The notes beneath the pieces are model-generated. The model saw only the letters and a list, made by a program, of their open reading frames with translations, was not told the origin of the DNA and searched no databases. From a virus, in the IMG/VR virus record IMGVR_UViG_2919289632_000001: 38,470 nucleotides of DNA. One strand, written 5' to 3'. A program made the position numbers and the translations under genes. How positions within the stretch are numbered: the first letter of the stretch is position 1; every line of letters begins with the position of its first letter. Positions 1-7,699 of the stretch are shown in pieces.

Positions 1-25
1 TGGTTCGAGTCCAATCGCGCCTACC
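1..25 (+). repeat. attL core = 3' end of a host tRNA gene
   Basis: tggttcgagtccaatcgcgcctacc is identical to 38446-38470. It reads as a T-loop (GGTTCGAGTCC), 3' acceptor strand, discriminator and CC(A). The isotype cannot be told from this fragment. Confidence 0.85.
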
Positions 26-82
26 ATCTTTCTCCCTCTTGACGAGACCAGCGTCAGGAACCTACGGGAGATTTATGGGAGA

Positions 83-1258
83 TTACCCGGCTACATGCCG
101 GGTTTTGTCTTTCTGGGCCAGCATCGCCTCGATCTTTGCTTTCTCCCTTCCACGGTCCGCTCCATCGATCCACTTCGCGTAGACGCTGAAGAGCATCTTG
201 GCGTTCTTGTGCCCCATCTGCCGAGCGATGTAGGCCGGGTTTGCGCCCGCCGCCAGGGCGTTCGTGGCGTACGTGTGGCGGGTTTGGTAGGCCCGGCGCC
301 ACCGAATCCCGCAGGCGCGCAGGGCAGGGCGCCAAAAGGTGTCCCGCTGGCTGCGCTCGTCGTGCCAGGCCTTGCCGGTCACCGGACTCTCGAAGATTCT
401 GCGGCCCAGTTCCTGGTCGATCCTGTCGGTGCTGCCGACCATGGTCCATGGCTTCATCGCCTCCAGAGCGGCCACGGCCCGCGCCATCAGGTCAACGTCA
501 CGCACGTTGTACGTCTTCAGGGGCTTCACCTCACCTGCGGTGCGCGCGCGCTGCACGCGGATGGTTCCAGTGCTCCAGTCCACATCACCCCAGCGCAATT
601 CAATCAACTCCTCCGGGCGCATTCCTGTCGTGAAAGCCATCTCGAAATAGGCCCACACACGAATGTCGAAGTTCTGGCGCATGTGAGAAAGCACCTGCTC
701 CATTTCCTGCTGGCTGAGCGGATCTGGCGGCTGCGCCTGGTGCTTGCTGTTCTCAATGCCCTCCATAGGGTCGCCCAGGTCCAACTCGCGGCCGGCCAGC
801 GCGAATACACCCCGCAGCGGAATCAGGTAGTTGTTCAGCAGCTTGGCGGACTTCCACGGGGTTTTCCCAACCTTGGCCGCCACTACAGCGTGTGTCAGGC
901 TCTCCATGGCCGAGTCGGCGCCCAGCAGGCCCTGCCACACCTCCAGGGCGTTGGTGTACTGGCTCAAGGTGTTCTTGGCCAAGCGCCCCTTGGTGTCCAG
1001 CCACAGGCCGCACCACTGTTTGAAGGTGTGCGCGGGCTTCGCTTTCTTCGCCTGGGGGGCGTCCGGGAAGAACTCAGCCCAGTCGAAAGTGCCGCGCGCC
1101 ACCGCTTTGCGCACCCTCTCCACAAGCTTCTCCGCGTAGCGCAGATTCACAGTGGTTGGGGGGAGCGCTAGGCGCACGCGCTGCCACTTCCCATCGAGAG
1201 TGAAATTCACCCTGATTGACTTTTCCCGGGGTTCTACCCCGCTGCCGTCTCGACCCAT
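83..1258 (-). CDS. int: Tyrosine recombinase / phage integrase
   Basis: 391-aa ORF. The C-terminal catalytic pattern is visible (TGMRPEEL, TRHTYATNAL, GHKNAKMLFSVYAKW). The stop codon lies 57 nt from the attL core. Confidence 0.95.
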   Translation of the reverse strand: MGRDGSGVEPREKSIRVNFTLDGKWQRVRLALPPTTVNLRYAEKLVERVRKAVARGTFDWAEFFPDAPQAKKAKPAHTFKQWCGLWLDTKGRLAKNTLSQYTNALEVWQGLLGADSAMESLTHAVVAAKVGKTPWKSAKLLNNYLIPLRGVFALAGRELDLGDPMEGIENSKHQAQPPDPLSQQEMEQVLSHMRQNFDIRVWAYFEMAFTTGMRPEELIELRWGDVDWSTGTIRVQRARTAGEVKPLKTYNVRDVDLMARAVAALEAMKPWTMVGSTDRIDQELGRRIFESPVTGKAWHDERSQRDTFWRPALRACGIRWRRAYQTRHTYATNALAAGANPAYIARQMGHKNAKMLFSVYAKWIDGADRGREKAKIEAMLAQKDKTRHVAG

Positions 1259-1437
1259 CGCTCAGTCTCTTTCGTGTCAATGTAGATGACGCCATCTGCA
1301 CGGCGCCAATGCTTTCCCTCAAGCCATACCCCGCGCTCCATCTTTCGGCGGATGGCTTTTTCCGTGTGTCCGGAGATCGCCGCATACAGGCGAATCGTGA
1401 CGAATCTGGTGGGGGCCACCATCACAGCTTCTGTCAT
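1234..1437 (-). CDS. xis: Excisionase-like small DNA-binding protein
   Basis: 67 aa and basic (GHTEKAIRRKMERGVWLEGKHWRRADGVIYID). It overlaps the int start by 25 nt and is ATGA-coupled to the upstream gene. This is the classic int-proximal position. Confidence 0.7.
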   Translation of the reverse strand: MTEAVMVAPTRFVTIRLYAAISGHTEKAIRRKMERGVWLEGKHWRRADGVIYIDTKETERWVETAAG

Positions 1438-1685
1438 GGTCCTGCACCTCCTGCAGGTTCTCGTTCGACCTGCAGCTTCCGGATGGCGTTCACCTTTCGG
1501 AGCGCGCGCTTGGACTGCGCCAGGCGCTGGCGGTCAGCCTCAATCTGCTCGGATGTGAACTTGCCTTCATCTCTATGCAGATCCCGGGTGGCGCGGTACA
1601 TGTCGCCTTGGGCCTGCACCGCGTACCAGAGAGCAACGGTGTCGTCTTTGGTGAGCTGCAGTGGCCCTGTCGCTGCTCTTTTCAT
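1434..1685 (-). CDS. Hypothetical protein (83 aa)
   Basis: The in-frame ATG at 1685 (MKRAATGPLQL...) gives an ATGA overlap with the methyltransferase stop. The longer 122-aa track ORF would overlap that gene. No domain recognised. Confidence 0.6.
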   Translation of the reverse strand: MKRAATGPLQLTKDDTVALWYAVQAQGDMYRATRDLHRDEGKFTSEQIEADRQRLAQSKRALRKVNAIRKLQVEREPAGGAGP

Positions 1686-2140
1686 GCTGCAAACCTCCTC
1701 GCAATGGCCTGCTGCTTCACCATGCGGTCGTAGAGGAGCACGTTCGCCGCCGCACCCAGGTTCATGCAGTAGCGAGTGGGCACGTAGACCACATGCCGAC
1801 ACTGGCGCACCACGTCGGCAGGCAGGCTGCCATCTTCCGGACCGAGCAGGTAGTAAGCGCGCTCTGGGTGGGTGAACTGGGGCAGCGGCGTGGCCGTGTC
1901 GATGAACTCCACCGCCACCGGCTCGGCTCCGAATGGCGTGGCAGCCAGCAGGTCGGGCACGATCATGGTCGGCATATGCTTCCAGGCGTCCTGCGTGTCA
2001 GTCCGGGACCGCTCGAAGCGCTCACTCTCCAGCGCCACCATGCTGACGCCGTAGCAGCCGGCGGCGCGCATGATCTCTCCCACGTTCAAGCGGTTTTTTG
2101 GCCGATGCAGGCCCAGTGCGGCGAATCCTCGGGGGCTCAT
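1682..2140 (-). CDS. SPOUT (SpoU/TrmH/TrmL-type) RNA 2'-O-methyltransferase
   Basis: 152 aa with the three knot motifs: NVGEIMRAAG, YLLGPEDGSLP and VYVPTRYCMNLGAAANVLLYD. ATGA-coupled on both sides. Confidence 0.85.
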   Translation of the reverse strand: MSPRGFAALGLHRPKNRLNVGEIMRAAGCYGVSMVALESERFERSRTDTQDAWKHMPTMIVPDLLAATPFGAEPVAVEFIDTATPLPQFTHPERAYYLLGPEDGSLPADVVRQCRHVVYVPTRYCMNLGAAANVLLYDRMVKQQAIARRFAA

Positions 2141-2337
2141 GTTCCACCTCCAGGCGCGGGGAGCGCTTCAAAAATCGTCCCCCGCTGTTGCTGGGTGACT
2201 CTCACGTAGTCCACCTGTACCTTTGCCAAGTTCACGAAGGCCGTGGACACCTCGGCAATCGTCTTGGCTCTGGTCAGATCCATGGGGTTCGACTTGTCGC
2301 GCAGGTCAACCAGCGTCTGCACCAGCAGGTCGCGCAC
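2137..2337 (-). CDS. Hypothetical small protein (about 66 aa)
   Basis: These are the last 67 codons of track ORF 2137..3315. The GTG at 2337 lies 5 nt after the upstream stop (2343-2345). Its own stop overlaps the SPOUT ATG. The start choice is uncertain. Confidence 0.4.
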   Translation of the reverse strand: MRDLLVQTLVDLRDKSNPMDLTRAKTIAEVSTAFVNLAKVQVDYVRVTQQQRGTIFEALPAPGGGT

Positions 2338-2342
2338 AGTGT

Positions 2343-2819
2343 CTACCGCGCTTCCTCCTTGTTTCGCCTGTTGATAGCCTGGGTTATCTGGCCCTTCAGC
2401 TGCAAGATCTGGCGCAGCTCCGGCGGAAGGCTCTGAACCGTTACCCGCGCCCAGTGCTCCCGCGAGCTGAATGGCGCCAGGTTGTCCAAGGTGCGAGGCA
2501 GGGCGGGGTTCTTCACCATCAGGTGCGTGCCCGGCGGCATCGGTCCGTTCACCGCTTCCCACTCGATCACCTCGACCCGCTTCCAGTCTTTCTTGGGCTG
2601 GCCAGTGTCTGTAACCTTGCGAATCAGGTGGCCCCGATTGATCCGCTCGGCCCCGATGGGCCGCCAGTTCATTGGCACTTGGCGCTTCAGTCCGAGTCGG
2701 GCGACCAACTTCCTGATCGCTTTCTCCGACCTTCCGGGCAGTTGCTGCTTCAGTACCTTCACCGAGACTGTCGGCAGTAGCTGGCGTACCAGCTCGATTT
2801 CTGGGTCCGTCCATTCCAT
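2343..2819 (-). CDS. HNH_3-like (degenerate homing-endonuclease-like) protein
   Basis: ATG 2819 (MEWTDPEIE) has GGAGAA 4 nt upstream. GC3 is about 90% in this frame (sampled 2511-2570). The pattern RPIGAERINRGHLIRKV...WEAVNGPMPPGTHLMV...LDNLAPF resembles small phage HNH-family proteins, but catalytic His residues are not evident. Confidence 0.7.
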   Translation of the reverse strand: MEWTDPEIELVRQLLPTVSVKVLKQQLPGRSEKAIRKLVARLGLKRQVPMNWRPIGAERINRGHLIRKVTDTGQPKKDWKRVEVIEWEAVNGPMPPGTHLMVKNPALPRTLDNLAPFSSREHWARVTVQSLPPELRQILQLKGQITQAINRRNKEEAR

Positions 2820-2820
2820 T

Positions 2821-3288
2821 GCGTTCTCCGCGTCGCCATGGTCTGCGCTTGGTAATGAGTGCATCAAATGCGGGTGCCAGACCCTGGTGTTCGAAATGCG
2901 TATCTGCTGCGGTATTGATAGCATCAGGCGCTTGTTGTGTTTGGTTCTTCGGCACTTCAGGTGCTGGTGTCCGCGTGGCTACTTTGGGGGCTCTGTGTGC
3001 GACATTCACCGCGGCCCCTGGCTTTTCGCCCGTGCCGTCGTCGCCGTCGTCAAGTCTGCGTGCGGATGGCAGGCTCACCGGCCCCTTGCGGTACAGGTCG
3101 CCCTCCGGGTCGTAGGTCAGCATGTCGTGGTCGAGTGCGGCCATCAGCTGGTTGTGCACGTTGCGGCTGTCACCAGGATGGACGAACTTGGCCACGATGT
3201 CATCGAGAGTCAGCTCCTCATCTGGGTTGCGCGCGAGGAAGCCCAGCACCATGCCCGCCAAGCTGTCGGGGTTGGGGCGGTAGGTCAT
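2821..3288 (-). CDS. Hypothetical protein with a winged-helix-like N-domain; 3' end unresolved
   Basis: ATG 3288 (MTYRPNPDSLAGMVLGFLARNPDEELTLDDIVAKF) is ATGA-coupled to the upstream gene. The frame has no stop until 2137, so the true end is unknown. Confidence 0.5.
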
Positions 3289-3680
3289 GTGCGAGCCTCC
3301 GGCGCCGGGGCGCAAAGGAACTGCATTCCGCCCACCACAGGGAATGGCCAGCAGGCGGACGAGCGAACCTGCTGCGCTTCGAAGGAGTCGCGGCGCTCCG
3401 GGCTCAGGTTCAGCCGAACCTCGAACACGGAACCATCAGCACATTTCTTGGCAACAATGTATTTCCGCCCGGGGCCTCGGCCGAGGGGGCTCCCCTTGCC
3501 GACCTTCGAGCCGTCCGGGTTGTATGTGCACATGCCGCGCCCATTTCCTGGTTGTCCTGGCAGCTGCTCAGGCAGCACAAGGCCTGCCGACACCAAGCGT
3601 TCAGCCGTGCCGGTGTAGACGGCTTGGTAGTGGTCTTGGCGACGGAAGACGCCGGGATGGATTTCGATGCGGTCTCGCAT
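3285..3680 (-). CDS. Hypothetical protein (131 aa)
   Basis: ATG 3680 is preceded by GGGGAGG at 8-nt spacing; the track start at 3686 is TTG. The stop overlaps the next ATG. No domain recognised. Confidence 0.7.
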   Translation of the reverse strand: MRDRIEIHPGVFRRQDHYQAVYTGTAERLVSAGLVLPEQLPGQPGNGRGMCTYNPDGSKVGKGSPLGRGPGRKYIVAKKCADGSVFEVRLNLSPERRDSFEAQQVRSSACWPFPVVGGMQFLCAPAPEART

Positions 3681-3682
3681 GT

Positions 3683-4759
3683 TCAAAGCCTCCCCTTAAA
3701 GCCGTTCTGCAGCTGGGCCAACGTGGCCATCGGCGCGTCGCCGTGCAGCTGTGCTGCGTGATAGACGATCTCAGAAAGGACGACGATGCGAGCCATGACG
3801 CCGTGCACGACAGGGTGGGTTTCTGCAGCGCTGGTCTGTTCGGAGATGGTCTGCATAGCCTGGGCCAGCGATTGAATCTCGTAGCAAGCGGCGCGCGCGC
3901 ACTCCCGGAAATCCGCCAAACGGCTTGCTTCCTCCGCAGCCGCGCTCGGGGCCGGTGGGCGTGGTGCGCCAGGGTCGCAGCAGTCTTCAATGCACCCCGT
4001 GATAGACCGCAGGTGCTGTTCAACCTGCACCAGCAGAGCCCTCCGCTCGTTCGATTCAGAGTCACCAGGAACGAGGCGAGCAGCGCGGATAAGCGCAGCG
4101 ATGTCGAAGGCGACTCGATCAATGTCTACACCCGTTGGGGGGCGAATATAGGCTTCATCTGCAAGCCCGTGGGCAAGCCGGATGAGTCGATCAGAGTCAG
4201 CGCTCCAGTCGTGATCTTCTTCCGTTGCCTGGGCGTGGTTCAGCAGGTACTCGACCTGACCAAACGCAACCTGAATCGCGTCCTTCGGTGGGTCCTTGTC
4301 CAGCTCGGTGCTCAAAGCACTGGGAAGCATGGCGCCCAGTACCTGATCGCCAAGGCTGTCTTGAATCTCATCGAGAGACGTGTGAAAGTTACGCAGTGAA
4401 GGAAGCAGAATCAGGTTTGCATCCTTGGCTGATTCGGCGATGGCGGCCGCCCCTTGCACAAATGCCATAGGCCGGAACATCGCTGTGTACGCCTCATCAG
4501 TTATTTCGCTGGTGAGGGGGCGCACACCGATGTTTTCTGCGATCTTGCCCAGTAGGCTGCTGGCTTCGTCCAGAAGGGTTCCAACGCTCGCCAGATCGTT
4601 TACCGCGAGGTCGGCCAAAGCCTTGGCCCTGGCTGTCGCCTCGGAAAGATCCACAGCCAGTGCATTGGCTAATCCCTCCCATCCATGCCCAGTACCGATC
4701 TCTGGTGCGGCAACGGGCACGGCGGACGCTTTGCTGGCTGGTTCGAGGACGGCATTCAT
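3683..4759 (-). CDS. Hypothetical Ala/Leu-rich helical protein (358 aa)
   Basis: Full-length track ORF, ATGA-coupled at both ends. No catalytic motif recognised. Confidence 0.8.
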   Translation of the reverse strand: MNAVLEPASKASAVPVAAPEIGTGHGWEGLANALAVDLSEATARAKALADLAVNDLASVGTLLDEASSLLGKIAENIGVRPLTSEITDEAYTAMFRPMAFVQGAAAIAESAKDANLILLPSLRNFHTSLDEIQDSLGDQVLGAMLPSALSTELDKDPPKDAIQVAFGQVEYLLNHAQATEEDHDWSADSDRLIRLAHGLADEAYIRPPTGVDIDRVAFDIAALIRAARLVPGDSESNERRALLVQVEQHLRSITGCIEDCCDPGAPRPPAPSAAAEEASRLADFRECARAACYEIQSLAQAMQTISEQTSAAETHPVVHGVMARIVVLSEIVYHAAQLHGDAPMATLAQLQNGFKGRL

Positions 4760-5904
4760 GCTTCACCAGCCTTCCCGAGATCCACGAAGTTTGGACCGAA
4801 GTTCCAGCGGTCATGCCCGCCCAGTATGGCCTCGCCTGCGGCCGTGTCCACCATGCCTCCGCAATGACGCGAGAGCGCCTGTGCTGCGTCTACTAGCCCG
4901 GCCAGTGCCCAAGAATCCTTCTCTGTCTGAGCCTGCATCAGGATGTTGTCGATGGTCGCAAGGTTGCTCGCGGCCACTTCCAGCACGCTAAGCAACTGTT
5001 TTCGCGTGAGGGCGGCCGGACCCACTTCTTCAGAATCGTCTTTCACCCGCCGGATGGGAGGAGTTGGGCGGTCGCGAAACTGCCGAGCTCCAGCGTCGAT
5101 TGCGGCTGCCGCGACATCGTTGGCGTTCAGTTCGCAGTCGTAGCTCAAGCCTGCATTGTTGAGAACCTGGTGTGCCGCATCAATAAGCTGATGGCGATGC
5201 CTGGCCGATGGGTGATCGCGCTGCTCGATGGCAAGAGCCCCGGCACACGCTCCAGCAGCGTAGAAAAACGCCTCCTGCACTGTGCCCATTCGTAGACTGC
5301 CATCAACTACCTGCTGGAGCACCTTCTTGCCGAACTCCAACAACGTCGAAGCGTAGACCGCACCAACCTCGTCATTGATGAGGCCGGCAGCCTGTGACAA
5401 CAACGCCGCTGTGTTGGCGGCGATGGCCAGTTCCTCTTTGGCTGCCGTGCTGCGCTGTCCTGCACGGATGCCTTCGGCCATAGCTTCGCAGCCTTCTTCT
5501 TCAAAGCTGTATCCGTTGGAGGCCGTTCGCAGGGATTGATGCACCACTTCCAAAGGGGCAATCGCGGGACTTCCTTGGCGATCTGCCCGCTCTACTGCGA
5601 GGGCCCCGTACACAGCTGCGGCAGCTTTGTGGATGGCACGTTCGCAATCTTGCGGGGCCTCAAGGTCATCCGCAGCAGTGTGGAGCAACTCAGCGCCGTT
5701 GACGCTCATTTGCATGCTGTGCATGTCATAGATGACCCGCAACTGCTCAGCCAGCGTACTTGCGACCAGCGCCTCGTCCGAGGAGATTGCTCCTGGGGCC
5801 TCTGCCTCTTGCGTAGGCGTCGCCTGGGTTGTCGCCGGAGGCTTTCCGGCCCGCTGTGATGGCTTGGTTGCGCGCACAGGCGCGCCTACGGTACATTCCG
5901 TCAT
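4756..5904 (-). CDS. Hypothetical protein (382 aa): Pro/Thr/Gln-rich N-tail, then a helical body
   Basis: Track ORF with AAGGAAA 6 nt upstream of ATG 5904. It is the first large gene of the coupled leftward chain. Confidence 0.8.
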   Translation of the reverse strand: MTECTVGAPVRATKPSQRAGKPPATTQATPTQEAEAPGAISSDEALVASTLAEQLRVIYDMHSMQMSVNGAELLHTAADDLEAPQDCERAIHKAAAAVYGALAVERADRQGSPAIAPLEVVHQSLRTASNGYSFEEEGCEAMAEGIRAGQRSTAAKEELAIAANTAALLSQAAGLINDEVGAVYASTLLEFGKKVLQQVVDGSLRMGTVQEAFFYAAGACAGALAIEQRDHPSARHRHQLIDAAHQVLNNAGLSYDCELNANDVAAAAIDAGARQFRDRPTPPIRRVKDDSEEVGPAALTRKQLLSVLEVAASNLATIDNILMQAQTEKDSWALAGLVDAAQALSRHCGGMVDTAAGEAILGGHDRWNFGPNFVDLGKAGEA

Positions 5905-6181
5905 GGTTCGTTTCCTTGTGAGAAGGGGCTCGGGCTAAGAGGTTTTCACGGTTGGCGCCGTGATTTCTTCGGGCGATGGCTGGCAGTTGGCGCTGCTGGC
6001 CATTTGCTTTTCTGGTGGTGCATTTGCTTGGTTCACTGTTGTCTCCTGTCTCTGGACTCTACCGAGGTGAGCGTGTAAAAGTGGGTGCGAAAAGCGACCA
6101 AAATCGTGACGTTTACAAATTCGTGGCTTGAGTCACTGTCTCTCGCTCATGGATGCACCGGCAAATGGAGATCCCACTTTT

Positions 6182-6976
6182 TCACAGTAGCGCTCCCTGG
6201 GGCTCAGGCACTGATGCCGCAGTGGGACGTTTCTTTGCTGGCTGCCGGGCACGGTCGGCCTCCATGTGGCGCTTGATGGCATCGACGCCAGCCTGGTTGT
6301 AGACGAACGACTCAACCTGCTTTACCGAATGCTGCGACTTGTCCATGCGGTACTCGCCATGCTCGGGCGTCTTCAAGTCGTGCTGGTTGGCGATTCGCCC
6401 CACCATGGCGCCGGTGATACCCAGCATTTCGCCGACCTCACCTGCCTGGTAGTGCTTCTCCGTGACGCGCGGTAGCGTCAGCACCTCAGCTCCCGCCACG
6501 GGGTTGATGATCTTGGCGAAGACCACTTGGCGCGCGCGTTCGCCTAGGCTGGGGAGCTGGGCAAGGATGCGCTCGGCTGTCTTGGCCGCCAGATCAAGGG
6601 CGCGGGCGCGGCGGAATTCGGGCAGACCACTGGTGTCGGCGGCCTTGGGCGCCTTGTAGCTGCCGGTCTTGCGGATGCTGGGCAGCACCTCCTCGAATAC
6701 CCAGCGCTCAAAGCGCTCGGCGGCGGGCAAGGTGCTGTTGACGATCAGGCGTAACACGTCGGGCTCTGACAGGATCCGGGTTTCCTGCTTGCGGCCAAGA
6801 GTGTCAACGATGGGGTGCAGCTTTTGCACCCCACGGCAATGCGAGCGCATCGCGGTCGTTGGGTCGGCATAGCCGAGGGCTTCGGCCACGTCCTTGCCAA
6901 CGAACCACGGTTCGCCGTTGATTTCCATGGCACGGATGTTTGCGCCTTCGAATTGGTACGGGGTGATATTGCTCAC
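6182..6976 (-). CDS. Bro-N / KilAC-type antirepressor
   Basis: GTG 6976 overlaps the arc-like stop (GTGA). The Bro-N pattern is YQFEGANIRAMEINGEPWFVGKDVAEALGY...PAAERFERWVFEEVLPSIRKTG. The 346-aa track version runs into the arc-like gene in another frame. Confidence 0.85.
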   Translation of the reverse strand: MSNITPYQFEGANIRAMEINGEPWFVGKDVAEALGYADPTTAMRSHCRGVQKLHPIVDTLGRKQETRILSEPDVLRLIVNSTLPAAERFERWVFEEVLPSIRKTGSYKAPKAADTSGLPEFRRARALDLAAKTAERILAQLPSLGERARQVVFAKIINPVAGAEVLTLPRVTEKHYQAGEVGEMLGITGAMVGRIANQHDLKTPEHGEYRMDKSQHSVKQVESFVYNQAGVDAIKRHMEADRARQPAKKRPTAASVPEPQGALL

Positions 6977-7131
6977 TGCTGGGGCCCTTTCTGCGCTGCC
7001 GCGCGTGCTGCTTCCAAGTGAAGAGCCACCTCCGCAGTGAGGCTGCGGCGGGCCTTCTTGGCTTGCTCCTGCAGCCACTGTTTCAGCGCTGCTGGAAGTC
7101 GAACGTTGGTTTGGATGTCGCTGGGTGCCAT
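6973..7131 (-). CDS. Arc-like ribbon-helix-helix (RHH) repressor (52 aa)
   Basis: ATG 7131 has AAGGAAAG upstream. MAPSDIQTNVRLPAALKQWLQEQAKKARRSLTAEVALHLEAA is a typical Arc/MetJ RHH. Confidence 0.8.
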   Translation of the reverse strand: MAPSDIQTNVRLPAALKQWLQEQAKKARRSLTAEVALHLEAARAAAQKGPQQ

Positions 7132-7145
7132 GCTCTTTCCTTTCA

Positions 7146-7205
7146 TGTAGCACACTGCTTGGTTTCGAATGTAGCAAAGTGCTTGGTTGCGTGCAAGCAC
7201 TTTGC
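7146..7205. promoter_or_regulatory. Operator cluster between the divergent RHH genes
   Basis: Direct repeats TGTAGCA-N3-TGCTTGGTT at 7146-7164 and 7170-7188. A perfect 12-bp inverted repeat GCAAAGTGCTTG / CAAGCACTTTGC lies at 7174-7185 / 7194-7205. Confidence 0.6.
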
Positions 7206-7220
7206 TTGGATAATCCGAAC

Positions 7221-7688
7221 ATGGCCTCTGAAGACGTTCAAACAAACCTGCGCATGCCCGCCGAGCTGAAGGAGTCCCTTCAGGCCGCTGCGGAGCGAAA
7301 CAATCGTTCGCTGAGCGCGGAGGTTGTGTTTCGGCTCGTCCACTCCTTCAGTCAAGACGCAGGGCTTCTGCAGGAGGGTGAATCCGATGAAATGCGCCGG
7401 GAGAGGGAGGCTCTTACCTTGAGGCGCGAGGTGATGCTTGGCAGACTCCAGATGCTTGAGACCCTCATTGCGTTCAAAATGAAGATGGTCTTTGAACTTG
7501 ACGTGGGGACTCAAATGGATGAAATCGAGTCTTTGCAACTCGACTTGGCCCTCCGCAGGAAAGAGATGCAATCGCTCAAGCGTGAAATTGCGGACTTGGA
7601 GGCTCGCATCGAAGAGATCGACCGTGACCTCCAGCTTCCAGAGTGGTCTGAGGGACTCAAGTCCATTGCAGCGAAGATGCCGAAATAG
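7221..7688 (+). CDS. Mnt-like RHH repressor with a long C-terminal coiled coil (155 aa)
   Basis: ATG 7221. MASEDVQTNLRMPAELKESLQAAAERNNRSLSAEVVFRLVHSF is paralogous to the arc-like protein. About 100 aa of heptad-rich sequence follow (LKREIADLEARIEEIDRDL). Confidence 0.8.
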   Translation: MASEDVQTNLRMPAELKESLQAAAERNNRSLSAEVVFRLVHSFSQDAGLLQEGESDEMRREREALTLRREVMLGRLQMLETLIAFKMKMVFELDVGTQMDEIESLQLDLALRRKEMQSLKREIADLEARIEEIDRDLQLPEWSEGLKSIAAKMPK

Positions 7689-7699
7689 ATCTCTATGCA

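Noticed and set aside
95-1171. 358-aa plus-strand ORF opposite the integrase
   Set aside because: It is the codon-aligned shadow of the integrase gene and has no motifs.
2137-3315. Treating the 392-aa ORF as one protein
   Set aside because: The middle third has about 40% GC at its third positions, while the overlapping HNH-like frame has about 90%. The middle peptide is Gly/Arg/Ala/Pro junk.
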